A program made the position numbers and the translations under genes. From contig CAZVUY010000004.1 of assembly GCA_964630525.1 (NCBI GenBank), positions 11,448-75,447 on the forward strand: a stretch of 64,000 bases of DNA, written 5' to 3'. This DNA is from an uncultured Candidatus Saccharibacteria bacterium. Its GTDB lineage: Bacteria; Patescibacteriota; Minisyncoccia; Phycocordibacterales; WO2-35-19. Within the stretch, counting starts at the first letter, position 1. Every line of letters begins with the position of its first letter. Below the pieces are notes generated by a model that was not told the DNA's origin, did not search any database, and was given only the letters and a program-made list of their open reading frames with translations. This document shows positions 9,560 through 18,463 of this stretch, in pieces.

Positions 9560-9828
9560 ACCACACTGGCTACTTTTTTGATGAGAGTAGAACCATCGAA
9601 GTGAACCTTTCGTTTGGAGGTCATTTTGACAGTGCCGGCCTTGAGGGCAAAGAGGGTGTGATCGCGGCCGATGCCGACACCGTTGCCTGGAAGAATTTTG
9701 GAACCTCGTTGACGCACCAAAACAGAGCCGACAATGCATTTCTCGCCGTCCGCCACCTTGACACCCAGGTACTTTGGTCCCGAGTCTCTACCGTTTTTTG
9801 TTGTTCCAGCCGCTTTTTTATGTGCCAT
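9556..9828 (-). CDS. rpmA: 50S ribosomal protein L27
   Basis: [34 protein letters not shown]. Confidence 0.98.
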   Translation of the reverse strand: MAHKKAAGTTKNGRDSGPKYLGVKVADGEKCIVGSVLVRQRGSKILPGNGVGIGRDHTLFALKAGTVKMTSKRKVHFDGSTLIKKVASVV

Positions 9829-9908
9829 ATGATTAGGTTGAAAGTGAAAAATTAAAAGTGTAAAGTTATTACACTGTTCGCTCCAAGTATAACTCTAAGA
9901 TACTAAAA

Positions 9909-10373
9909 ATGCAAGAGGAGAAAATAGAAGAGGAATACGTGGTTTTGGATGAGGCGGGGGAGGTAGAGAAAGCCAATCTGAAGGCTAAAGTAGAGGGTTT
10001 TTTAGAAAGCCGGTTGTTCGTAGCGACTGTTTTGGTGCTCGTATCCCTTATCGCTTTTTTCTTGGGGAGGGTGTCGGTTTCTAAGGTTGGGAAGGTCCCG
10101 GTCAGAGTGATAAATAGTAGCACGGCTGCTTCGATCAGCGGAGGAGTGGTCAATACTGGGGCGAACCTCCAGGTCGATGAGTCAGATGGTGCTATGCCGG
10201 CTGATTCGACCAGCGAAATAGTGGTCGGCTCTAAAAACGGCAACAAATATCACTATCCTTGGTGTCCTGGCGCCAAACAGATCGCCGATAAAAATTTAAT
10301 CAAGTTCAATTCCATTGCAGAAGCGAAATCTAAAGGTTATACTCCTGCTAGCAATTGCAAAGGTCTAAAATAA
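9909..10373 (+). CDS. Membrane-anchored protein with Ada-like metal-binding domain
   Basis: One TM segment; C-terminal VGSKNGNKYHYPWC..GYTPASNC. Confidence 0.75.
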   Translation: MQEEKIEEEYVVLDEAGEVEKANLKAKVEGFLESRLFVATVLVLVSLIAFFLGRVSVSKVGKVPVRVINSSTAASISGGVVNTGANLQVDESDGAMPADSTSEIVVGSKNGNKYHYPWCPGAKQIADKNLIKFNSIAEAKSKGYTPASNCKGLK

Positions 10374-10375
10374 AA

Positions 10376-11656
10376 ATGTCTAAGTCTTATTATAAAACGT
10401 CCAACGATTTTCTCATCTCCCTCAAGTTGGGATTTTTTTTGGCACTGCGCCAAGTCAAAAGGTCAAACAAGGCGACTACTGGCTTGATTATTTTTGTGAT
10501 GACCCTCACTTTTTTAAACTTGGTGGTAGTAAGAGGGGTTTTGGTCGGACTGATCGAGGGTTCGGTTCAGGTCTATCGCAATTTTTCGACCGGAGAAATT
10601 TTTATTTCCAAGCTGCCCAAAAAAAGCTACATAGAAAATAGTCCTTATATATTGGAGACGGTGAAAACCCTGCCCTGGGTTCAATCTTTCTCAGCGCGTT
10701 ATCTAGAGTCTGGCAATATTGAAGCTGATTATAAAACCAAGATTCGCCTGACAGATGCTTCCAATAGTGCTGGAGGAGTGATCGCCGGCATCAATCCAGA
10801 GGCTGAAAATGCGACCACCAATCTTTCCGCGAAAATAGTTGAAGGCCAGTTTCTAACCTCAGAAGACACCGAATACATTTTACTTGGTTCTAGTTTGTTG
10901 AAAAAATATGTGCCGGTCGACTCGGCCAGCTTCAGTTTTTTGGAAAATGTCGAGCCGGGTACTAAAGTGAGGGTCACGGTGGGTGGCAATACCAAAGAAT
11001 TTACAGTGAAAGGGGTGATCCAAAGCAAGGCCGATGAGGTCGATTTTCGAGCCTATATCTTGGATACAACCTTGCGCAACATGATTGGTCGCACCGACTA
11101 CAATGTCGATGAAGTGGCTATCAGGTTGAAGCCGGGAGTCGATCCGGTGTTGGTGAAAGAGGCGCTCCTCAAGTCAGGGGCGGGGGAGACTGCGAGAGTA
11201 CAAACAGCGGACGACGCGCTCCCTAAGTTTGTGATCGATATCAAGAATACTTTTGCCATTTTGGGTAATGTTGTCGGCTCAATTGGTTTGGTGGTAGCTT
11301 CGATCACTATCTTTATTGTGATTTTCGTCAATGCGATCACGCGCCGCAAATTTATCGGTATTTTGAAAGGGATTGGTATCAGTTCTCAGGCGATCGAGAT
11401 CGCTTATGTTTTCCAATCTCTTTTTTATGCCATCTTGGGTATTGGTATCGGACTCCTCTTTCTTTATGGTTTCTTGGTCCCGTTTATTGCCGCCAACCCG
11501 ATCAAGTTTCCGTTTAGCGACGGTATTTTGGTAGCTGAGGTACCAGCCACTTTCTTCCGGGTTTTCTTGTTGTCTGTCGCCACTTTAGTGGCTGGCTATG
11601 TGCCAGCAAGGATTGTGGTAAAGAAAAACACGCTGGACTCAATATTGGGGAGATAG
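10376..11656 (+). CDS. ABC transporter permease (FtsX/MacB-like)
   Basis: TM, periplasmic domain, three C-terminal TMs; RRKFIGILKGIG; YVPAR. Confidence 0.88.
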   Translation: MSKSYYKTSNDFLISLKLGFFLALRQVKRSNKATTGLIIFVMTLTFLNLVVVRGVLVGLIEGSVQVYRNFSTGEIFISKLPKKSYIENSPYILETVKTLPWVQSFSARYLESGNIEADYKTKIRLTDASNSAGGVIAGINPEAENATTNLSAKIVEGQFLTSEDTEYILLGSSLLKKYVPVDSASFSFLENVEPGTKVRVTVGGNTKEFTVKGVIQSKADEVDFRAYILDTTLRNMIGRTDYNVDEVAIRLKPGVDPVLVKEALLKSGAGETARVQTADDALPKFVIDIKNTFAILGNVVGSIGLVVASITIFIVIFVNAITRRKFIGILKGIGISSQAIEIAYVFQSLFYAILGIGIGLLFLYGFLVPFIAANPIKFPFSDGILVAEVPATFFRVFLLSVATLVAGYVPARIVVKKNTLDSILGR

Positions 11657-11683
11657 TATGACGAGCTCACTATAAATAATTTT

Positions 11684-12376
11684 ATGAATATTATTGAAGT
11701 AAAAAATTTAACAAAGTCTTTCAAAAGCGGCGATCAAGAGCTGGTGGTTTTGAATGAAATGTCTTTTGAGATAGCACAAGGTGAATTTTTTGCGATCACT
11801 GGTCGTTCTGGTTCTGGTAAATCGACCCTTCTTTACCAATTAGGCCTTTTGGATCATCCAAACTCTGGTGAAATCATTATTGATGGGGTGAACGTCTCAC
11901 TTCTCGACAATGAAGGTAGAACCAAGTTTAGACTCAAAGAACTCGGCTATGTTTTCCAGGATTATGCACTGGTACCGGAATTGTCGGCTATCGAAAATAC
12001 AGTCATCCCTCTTTTGATGCAAGGGCTAGAAAAAAAAGAGGCTTATCAAAAAGCGGAGGCAGCTCTAACAAAAATAGGTTTGGGGGGTAGATTGAACAAT
12101 TTGCCAAACCAACTCTCTGGTGGTGAGCAGCAAAGAGTGTCGATCGCTAGAGCGATCGCTCATGATCCGAAGATTATCTTTGCCGACGAACCAACCGCCA
12201 ATCTTGATTCAGAAACAGCCGATACCGTGATGAAAGCCTTTATTGATCTCAATCAGCAAGGCCAAACCATCATCATGGTCACTCATGAACCAGAATACGC
12301 CGCTTTGACCCGAAGAGCGATCAAGATTGGTGATGGCAAGATCTTGGCTGACGGCAAGCCAGACGAAGTGATTTAG
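11684..12376 (+). CDS. ABC transporter ATP-binding protein (LolD/MacB-like)
   Basis: GRSGSGKST, LSGGEQQRV, ADEPTANLD. Confidence 0.95.
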   Translation: MNIIEVKNLTKSFKSGDQELVVLNEMSFEIAQGEFFAITGRSGSGKSTLLYQLGLLDHPNSGEIIIDGVNVSLLDNEGRTKFRLKELGYVFQDYALVPELSAIENTVIPLLMQGLEKKEAYQKAEAALTKIGLGGRLNNLPNQLSGGEQQRVSIARAIAHDPKIIFADEPTANLDSETADTVMKAFIDLNQQGQTIIMVTHEPEYAALTRRAIKIGDGKILADGKPDEVI

Positions 12377-12404
12377 TCAAAATAATTTGTTATAATAGCG
12401 ATTT

Positions 12405-13889
12405 ATGAGTTTCCCAAATTTTATTTCCAAGAAATTTATATTTTATTTTATTGGTATTTTAGCCGTCGGTTTTATTGGTGTCAGTGTTTTCAAAAATGGC
12501 AACGGCAAACAGACTGTTTCTGTAAATTATACTGATATTATCCAAGAAGTGGCGGCGACCGGCAAAGTGAAGCCAAATCAAAGTGTTGATCTGGGTTTTG
12601 ATAAGTCTGGTCGGGTCGCTTCGGCGGCAGTTGTGGTCGGAGACACAGTAAGCCCTGGCCAAGTTCTGGCTACTTTGGAAGCGGGGGAGATATTAGCGGA
12701 TCTCAATAAAGCCAAAGCCACCCTGGTGGAGGAGAACATTAAGCTGCGTGAACTAAAAAATACTTCCCCAGTCTCTTATAGCGATGCGGGAACCAATCTG
12801 CAGGCGGCGATTCGAGAAGGTTTTGTTATCGCTGATAACGCGGTTCGCAACAGAACTGATCAATTTTTCAAAAACATTGCAAACAACCCCTACTTTGAAG
12901 TTTCTTTTACTGATGGCAACTATGTTCATTATTTTAAAGTACCGAGCGAGATCATACTGGATATCAACAACTCTCGTAAACAAGTCGAGATTATTTTAGA
13001 CAATTGGCAGAGTCGTACCAATAACCTAGGTCAATCCAATCTGGTGGCCGAATCAGAGAAAGCGTTGGCTGATCTCAACTACATCGCTTCTTTCTTGAAT
13101 AAAGTCGCGAGTGCTGTCAACACTTTTTCTCCAGCCGAATATGCCTATGAATCAACCGTTACTACTTACAAAACTACTGTTTCTTCGGCGAGGACCGAAG
13201 TGGCCAATGCTATATCTGATCTAGTGTCAGCTAAGGACAAATTCAACACCGCCCCAACTTTGGGTGCCGGGGGTCAATTTGAAGACATTCTAGCCCAAGA
13301 ATCAAAAGTGGCTCAGGCCCAATCTTCCATAGCCGCTTTGGAAGCGAGTCTTAACAAAACAATTATCCGAGCCCCTTTTAGCGGGGTAGTGACTCTACAA
13401 GATGCCAAGGTTGGCAATGCTGTTTCTCCTGGCAGCACTCTTATATCAATCATTAGCCAAAACCAAATGTATGTTGAAGCTAATATTTCTGAAATCCAAA
13501 TTGGCAAAATCAAGGTAGGCGATAGGGTGTCGATCACTTTCGATGCTTTTCCGAATGAAAAATTTAGTGGAGCAGTCGCTTATATTGAGCCGGGGGATGT
13601 GATTATCGACGGAGTGGTCAATTATAAAATCCGAGTAAGCCTAGATAGCTATGAGGAACGTATCAAAAGCGGCTTGACCGCCAACCTCAAGATAGAAACA
13701 GCTCGCAAGTCCGGTGTCCTCGCTGTCCCACTTTACGCTGTTGTGAAAGAAGACGGTAAGGCCTTTGCCAACAAGAAAATTGGAGAAAAAGAGTACCAAA
13801 AAGTACTGATTGAGCTTGGTCTCTCTGGCAACAACGGCCTAGTGGAAGTGCTAAACGGCCTCTCCGAAGGCGACACCCTCGAGTTCTGA
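12405..13889 (+). CDS. Efflux periplasmic adaptor (HlyD/MacA-like)
   Basis: Lipoyl half-motifs, long coiled coil, IRAPFSGVV, KSGLTANLKI. Confidence 0.88.
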   Translation: MSFPNFISKKFIFYFIGILAVGFIGVSVFKNGNGKQTVSVNYTDIIQEVAATGKVKPNQSVDLGFDKSGRVASAAVVVGDTVSPGQVLATLEAGEILADLNKAKATLVEENIKLRELKNTSPVSYSDAGTNLQAAIREGFVIADNAVRNRTDQFFKNIANNPYFEVSFTDGNYVHYFKVPSEIILDINNSRKQVEIILDNWQSRTNNLGQSNLVAESEKALADLNYIASFLNKVASAVNTFSPAEYAYESTVTTYKTTVSSARTEVANAISDLVSAKDKFNTAPTLGAGGQFEDILAQESKVAQAQSSIAALEASLNKTIIRAPFSGVVTLQDAKVGNAVSPGSTLISIISQNQMYVEANISEIQIGKIKVGDRVSITFDAFPNEKFSGAVAYIEPGDVIIDGVVNYKIRVSLDSYEERIKSGLTANLKIETARKSGVLAVPLYAVVKEDGKAFANKKIGEKEYQKVLIELGLSGNNGLVEVLNGLSEGDTLEF

Positions 13890-13915
13890 TTTGACTAGTG
13901 TGGTATAATAGGAAA

Positions 13916-14674
13916 ATGTTAGAAAAATACCTGCAGGACATAGGACTGAGTGATAAAGAAGCCACTATTTATTTGGCACTTTTATCTGTCGAGTACGCTT
14001 CCGTGCTTGATTTGTCAAAAAAGACCAAAATAAAAAGACCAACCGTTTACGTAATTTTGGAGTCACTTGCCAAAAAGGGTTTGGTCGGCGAAACCACAAT
14101 CGGCAAAAAAACCAATTATCAAGCCGAACCTCCGGAACGATTGGAAACCTTTGTTGAACGCCGGAAATTGCAATTAGAGGAGTCAGAAAAAGTTTTGAAG
14201 GATGTTATTCCTCGTATCAAAAGTTTTTCTAGAGATGCGGGAGAAAAGCCAATCATCAAATATTTTGAAGGTAAAGAGGGGATTGTAAGTACCGCTGAAG
14301 AGTTTTTTGCTAGCGAGACCGATAATAACGACCTGGTCTATTTGCTCTATCCCAGAGACTTGCTCGATGAAACTTTCCCCCAGAAAGAAAGAGAAAAATA
14401 TCGTAAGTCCAGGTTAGACAGGAAGATAAAGTCAAAAGTTTTATATACCTATACTAAAGGGGTGATCGCTTCTGACGAAATGGGGGAAAGGATTAAGGTT
14501 GATGAAAAAAGATACCCTGTTACTTGTGATATCGGAATCTATAAAGACAGGGTACGTATCAGTGTACTGGGTAAAAAATTGTCCGGTATTTTCATCAAGA
14601 GCAAAGATGTAGCCGATACTCTTCAGAGCTTGTTTAGAATGGCGTTTGAATCGATGAACAAAAATAATAAGTAG
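13916..14674 (+). CDS. TrmB-family transcriptional regulator
   Basis: IGLSDKEATIYLALL..RPTVYVILESLAKKGLV wHTH; KYFEGKEGI. Confidence 0.88.
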   Translation: MLEKYLQDIGLSDKEATIYLALLSVEYASVLDLSKKTKIKRPTVYVILESLAKKGLVGETTIGKKTNYQAEPPERLETFVERRKLQLEESEKVLKDVIPRIKSFSRDAGEKPIIKYFEGKEGIVSTAEEFFASETDNNDLVYLLYPRDLLDETFPQKEREKYRKSRLDRKIKSKVLYTYTKGVIASDEMGERIKVDEKRYPVTCDIGIYKDRVRISVLGKKLSGIFIKSKDVADTLQSLFRMAFESMNKNNK

Positions 14675-14677
14675 AAA

Positions 14678-14723
14678 ACCCCACAGATTACTTGCTCATA
14701 CGACAAGCTTTCATCTGTGGGGT
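14678..14723. terminator. Hairpin, probably bidirectional terminator
   Basis: accccacagat (14678-14688) pairs with atctgtggggt (14713-14723). Confidence 0.6.
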
Positions 14724-14982
14724 CCCGCCAACTACTCTCACTGTCTAAATGGCTCTAAACAGTGAGAGAACGCTATTTCCCTTTGTACCGTTTTTTTGGA
14801 CCGGCTCAGGGTTGTACTGGAGCGTCCCCCATAGGGAACACCTCCTTTTGCAAAGTACCTGGTTGGAGGTCGACTTTGTCGGATCCTCAAGACCGCTTCC
14901 TGAAGAGTTATGCTACCTCAGGAAGCGGTCCTTTTGGACCCTTCTAGTCGAACATAACTACCTCCTTTCCAGATCTGCACTA

Positions 14983-15010
14983 AGTATAGCAAATTATTAA
15001 AATTTGTCAA
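14983..15010 (-). promoter_or_regulatory. Sigma70-type promoter
   Basis: Minus strand TTGACA-N16-TATACT, followed by GGAAAGGAGGT. Confidence 0.65.
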
Positions 15011-15165
15011 CTATTTTTGTCTTTTTTAATTTTTTAAACCACCAAAATTAGCATTATTTGTCAGGCAAAATAATCACTAAATATTTCAGTATAACCTTAA
15101 AATGGCTTATTTTAAGGTCTTTTTTCGATCGTACAAAAGAAAATAAAATTAAATGTCAAAAATAC

Positions 15166-15193
15166 TTGACAAAATTAGTGCCGTGAGTATAAT
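15166..15193 (+). promoter_or_regulatory. Sigma70-type promoter
   Basis: TTGACA-N16-TATAAT. Confidence 0.75.
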
Positions 15194-15289
15194 AGCCATC
15201 AGAAAGTTTGAAAAGAGCTTCTGCCCCAACTTTTGAGCCCGGCCCAGTAACATATCGCCAGGGCTCACAAGTGGGAGCGGAAGCAAACT

Positions 15290-15553
15290 ATGTGGCCCAA
15301 AAGGGCAACCCCACTGCGAGGGTATTTCGGAGGGACCAAGGTCTACTCCACACATGGTGGTGTCGCAGACCAGCTATCCGCTCCCGTGAATATAACAACG
15401 ACTCAACTTCAGCTGGTTCGTGTAGCGGATCGGATCCTGGCAAAGGCCGGCCTGAACAAGGTTGGTCAGCCGAAGAGAAACTGCAAGTATGAAGATCTGT
15501 TGGTGAAAGCCATCAAGACTCCTTGTGGTGGACAACCTGGTTGGCGACGGTAG
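15290..15553 (+). CDS. Small basic hypothetical protein (87 aa), or part of a structured leader RNA
   Basis: ATG just after the leader hairpin and a hairpin after the stop; no recognisable family. Confidence 0.4.
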   Translation: MWPKRATPLRGYFGGTKVYSTHGGVADQLSAPVNITTTQLQLVRVADRILAKAGLNKVGQPKRNCKYEDLLVKAIKTPCGGQPGWRR

Positions 15554-15682
15554 GGGAGATTACTCCCCAATCTTTTCAGGATTTAAGTAAATTGAATTTT
15601 GGAAAGACCACATGATTGCAAAATCGTGTGGAAAAGAGTTCTTTGATTTTTTGATCCAGTAAACCCTGACCGAAAGGCAGGT

Positions 15683-16735
15683 ATGGATAAGGAGATTTTT
15701 GTGAACAACAATAGCAAGCTCGTCACGATTTTCGGTGCTTTGGTGCCGACGTTCTTCACGACCAAAGGTGGTGTCTCCATTTCGGAGGTTGCTCGCCTGC
15801 AAGCTGAAGCCAAGCAGCAGAACGATACGTTCTGGGCCAGGCTGACCGATGCAACCCGCGGTGTGTTTCGCAAGGTTGTTTCGTTCGTGGGGGCCGGTTC
15901 TTCGGTGCCTCAGACTGTCGCTGGCCCGACCATTTCGGTTGGGGAAATCGGCGGCTACGGCGAGGTGGCGGCGCGCAACGCGTCGACGGCGGTGTTTATG
16001 CACGGTGTCAAGCTCTTCAAGAGTTTGCAGGAGAGGCTTGAGGTGATGGATTTGCGGCTTTTTGTCGTAGAGAAGTTGCCCGAAGCTCCTCCTAGCCCCG
16101 AGCGTCCGCAAGAACCCTCAGAGCCCACACGGGCAAAGAGTGGTACGGTCTGTGACACCCCGGTGTTCATGATGCTCGGCAACATCGACGAGATGATTGC
16201 TGGCCTCAAGCCGGAGGTGCTCGCGCGGTTCGACTTCGCCTTCTGGAAGAGGGCGAATGAGCTCAATGCTCGCGCGGCGGTGATCGGCAAGCTGCTCTCG
16301 GAGCAGGGTTCGTTCTTCCGTGAGGTGATCAAGCCTCTACCTTCGGGTGGTGAGCAGGTCACCCAGGCTGGGGTAGTGATATTCCGGTACGAGAAGGCTT
16401 ACTCGCCCGACGAGCTCGTCGACTTCGTTCGCATTCGCGAGACCCTCCAGGCTGAGTACAACGATTTGCAGAAGCAGCTCAATGGGCTGAAGAAGCAGAT
16501 CAAGGACGCCGTCCGGGCTTACAACCTGGAACAGGAGCGTCAGTACCAGGCCGCGTATGGTGAGTACAGACTCGCATACGCCTCCTATCAGGCTGCCGTT
16601 AAGGAGCTCTTGGTTAATCACCAAGACGCTCTGAAGCGGCACGCCCAGGAGATGGAGCGGATTCGCTCTTCTGCCGAAACGTTGCGACAGGAGGCGCTGG
16701 CTGAAATGGCCACCCTCCGCGTGCGCACGGAGTAG
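15683..16735 (+). CDS. Hypothetical alpha-helical/coiled-coil protein (350 aa)
   Basis: Long GC-rich ORF with heptad-rich C-terminal half and a Pro-rich linker (PEAPPSPERPQEPSEP). Confidence 0.85.
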   Translation: MDKEIFVNNNSKLVTIFGALVPTFFTTKGGVSISEVARLQAEAKQQNDTFWARLTDATRGVFRKVVSFVGAGSSVPQTVAGPTISVGEIGGYGEVAARNASTAVFMHGVKLFKSLQERLEVMDLRLFVVEKLPEAPPSPERPQEPSEPTRAKSGTVCDTPVFMMLGNIDEMIAGLKPEVLARFDFAFWKRANELNARAAVIGKLLSEQGSFFREVIKPLPSGGEQVTQAGVVIFRYEKAYSPDELVDFVRIRETLQAEYNDLQKQLNGLKKQIKDAVRAYNLEQERQYQAAYGEYRLAYASYQAAVKELLVNHQDALKRHAQEMERIRSSAETLRQEALAEMATLRVRTE

Positions 16736-16741
16736 CGCAGG

Positions 16742-17027
16742 GCTGACGAGAGGACATGTGCATCCGTAGAGGTTGGTAGAGTAGGAGGTTGAAAGATCTT
16801 CTGCTCCCGCCTCTGCGCGCGCGTGGTCCCACGCTGTTGTGATAAAAAATACAATGAGAATTGTATTGGTTTAAAATCAAACCAAGACACCACACACATC
16901 GGAGCGTTCCCGCGATTTTTCCACTCAGGTCTGAGTCTGGAGTCTGCAGGGAAGGCTCGTCTGGGTCTGTGGCTGTGTCTGCGTTTGGGTCTACAACCTT
17001 CACAACGGCGTGGGACACCTCGTCAGT
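16742..17027 (+). ncRNA. Candidate structured ncRNA with GTCTGN hexamer repeats
   Basis: Nested long-range stems 16743-16750/17019-17026 and 16826-16842/17000-17016; GAAA and GAGA tetraloop hairpins; hexamers at 16929-16994. Confidence 0.65.
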
Positions 17028-17045
17028 AAAATCTTCTTTGTTCTT

Positions 17046-17107
17046 AGCTCGAGAGAATTCTCGAGCTCCCATTTGAGAAAGTAATAAGTTATTTTCTGAA
17101 ATGGGAG
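17046..17107. terminator. Two overlapping hairpins, terminator-like
   Basis: agctcgaga-gaat-tctcgagct and ctcccattt..aaatgggag. Confidence 0.45.
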
Positions 17108-17172
17108 AAGGGGAGCCATTTGTTTAATCTTCCGAAAGTTTTGAAGGGAGAAATCCTGCCTAGGGACTACCC

Positions 17173-17201
17173 TTGACAAAGGTGGTTGATAGGTGTATAA
17201 T
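17173..17201 (+). promoter_or_regulatory. Perfect consensus sigma70 promoter
   Basis: TTGACA-N17-TATAAT (TG immediately upstream of TATAAT); SD AAAGGAGGT at 17211-17219. Confidence 0.85.
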
Positions 17202-17224
17202 ATAAGGCAGAAAGGAGGTCAATC

Positions 17225-17437
17225 ATGACCTGGGCAGATTTTTTCAACAGGCCGAAGTACGTCTTCGGCCTCCTCGCCACCTTGGTGGTAGTGTGGTTCC
17301 TCTTCCACCCGGAGGTCTTGGTTGACCTCATCAACCGGGTGGTGATGCCCCTCTTGATGCAGGGGCTGGTGATCGCTATCGTGATCTGGGGTATCAGGAT
17401 CATGATCTTCGGCACCAAAAAGCCACCGAAGAAGTAG
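17225..17437 (+). CDS. Small 2-TM membrane protein (70 aa)
   Basis: Strong promoter and SD; two hydrophobic helices; basic tail KKPPKK. Confidence 0.8.
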   Translation: MTWADFFNRPKYVFGLLATLVVVWFLFHPEVLVDLINRVVMPLLMQGLVIAIVIWGIRIMIFGTKKPPKK

Positions 17438-17626
17438 CGGCGCAAAATCCGGTGACCAGCTTTCGCTGAAGCTTCAGCAGGGCAAGCGCACCGGTGTCCG
17501 AGTGAATATACCTCGGGCTTCTACCATAATTTCTTTGAAATTTTAAGGAGATTATGGTGGGAGTAAAAACCCAAAGTTCTTTCAAAATCGCCGGCGGGCA
17601 TTGTACGCAAAGAGGAGACTACTATC

Positions 17627-18037
17627 ATGAAATACATCGCAACACCGTATACACTTACCTTCGTGCCCGCAAACGATGATATTGTGCGAATGAAGGCGAT
17701 GCAACTTCTTATTGATGCTGCGTGGTCAGCTCAGTGGGATGCATGTCAAAATGAGCAGGAGGGCTGGGTGCGCCACTGCCGGTTAAAACTCGAGAGTGGA
17801 CATGTTACTTTGTTGGTGCGTCACTACCAGACCAAGGAAGAAAACTGGGCAGTTCGCATCAACTGCAATAACACGACGAATGGTAAGTTTGTCGTGAGAG
17901 CCTCTTCCAAAAAAGACTTGGAGGAGATTTGGAAGGTAGTTTCAAACCCTCGCCCTGGCAGATTCTTCGACATGGAGTATCTTACTCCTAGGGATATCCA
18001 AGGGGGCGCGGTCTTCTCCGTTGAGTCTGATCAGTAG
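17627..18037 (+). CDS. Hypothetical protein (136 aa)
   Basis: SD AGAGGAG upstream; no recognisable motif. Confidence 0.7.
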   Translation: MKYIATPYTLTFVPANDDIVRMKAMQLLIDAAWSAQWDACQNEQEGWVRHCRLKLESGHVTLLVRHYQTKEENWAVRINCNNTTNGKFVVRASSKKDLEEIWKVVSNPRPGRFFDMEYLTPRDIQGGAVFSVESDQ

Positions 18038-18201
18038 AAAAGGCCTGACCAGCCGTAAAGAGGTCTCTACCTACGAAAGGAGGTGAAAAAACAGGCTGCT
18101 TGGGAACAGGCAGTCTTTTTACATGTAAAAAATAGGTTTTGTCTTCATTTTGGCTTCAAAATGGGTCAAAAAGGGGAGGTAAATAGCACAATATTTGGGG
18201 C

Positions 18202-18230
18202 TTGACGTCAAATCTATAATATGCTATAAT
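18202..18230 (+). promoter_or_regulatory. Sigma70-type promoter
   Basis: TTGACG-N17-TATAAT. Confidence 0.65.
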
Positions 18231-18463
18231 AAAGGCAATCCAGTAGTAATGCTGGATTTTGCCTTATATAGAGCCTCATTCTAAGAATGGGCTAAAAGGT
18301 AAGGAGGTTGAGTGTTAAAGCAGAACAAAAATTTCAGGTTCGCGTTCTGATTCTTTCACTTCGAACTCCCTTGGTCTTTGCTGCTCCTAGCCAAATAGGC
18401 AAGGGGACTAATTTGAGAAATAAATAGCAAAGGTCGGGATTAAAATTAAACAATCGGCTTATT

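Noticed and set aside
16614-17072. Minus-strand 152-aa ORF with DPNADTATDPD
   Set aside because: It overlaps the 350-aa gene antisense and has no clear RBS. The xD periodicity is explained by the hexamers, and the G-U pairs and GNRA loops favour a plus-strand RNA.
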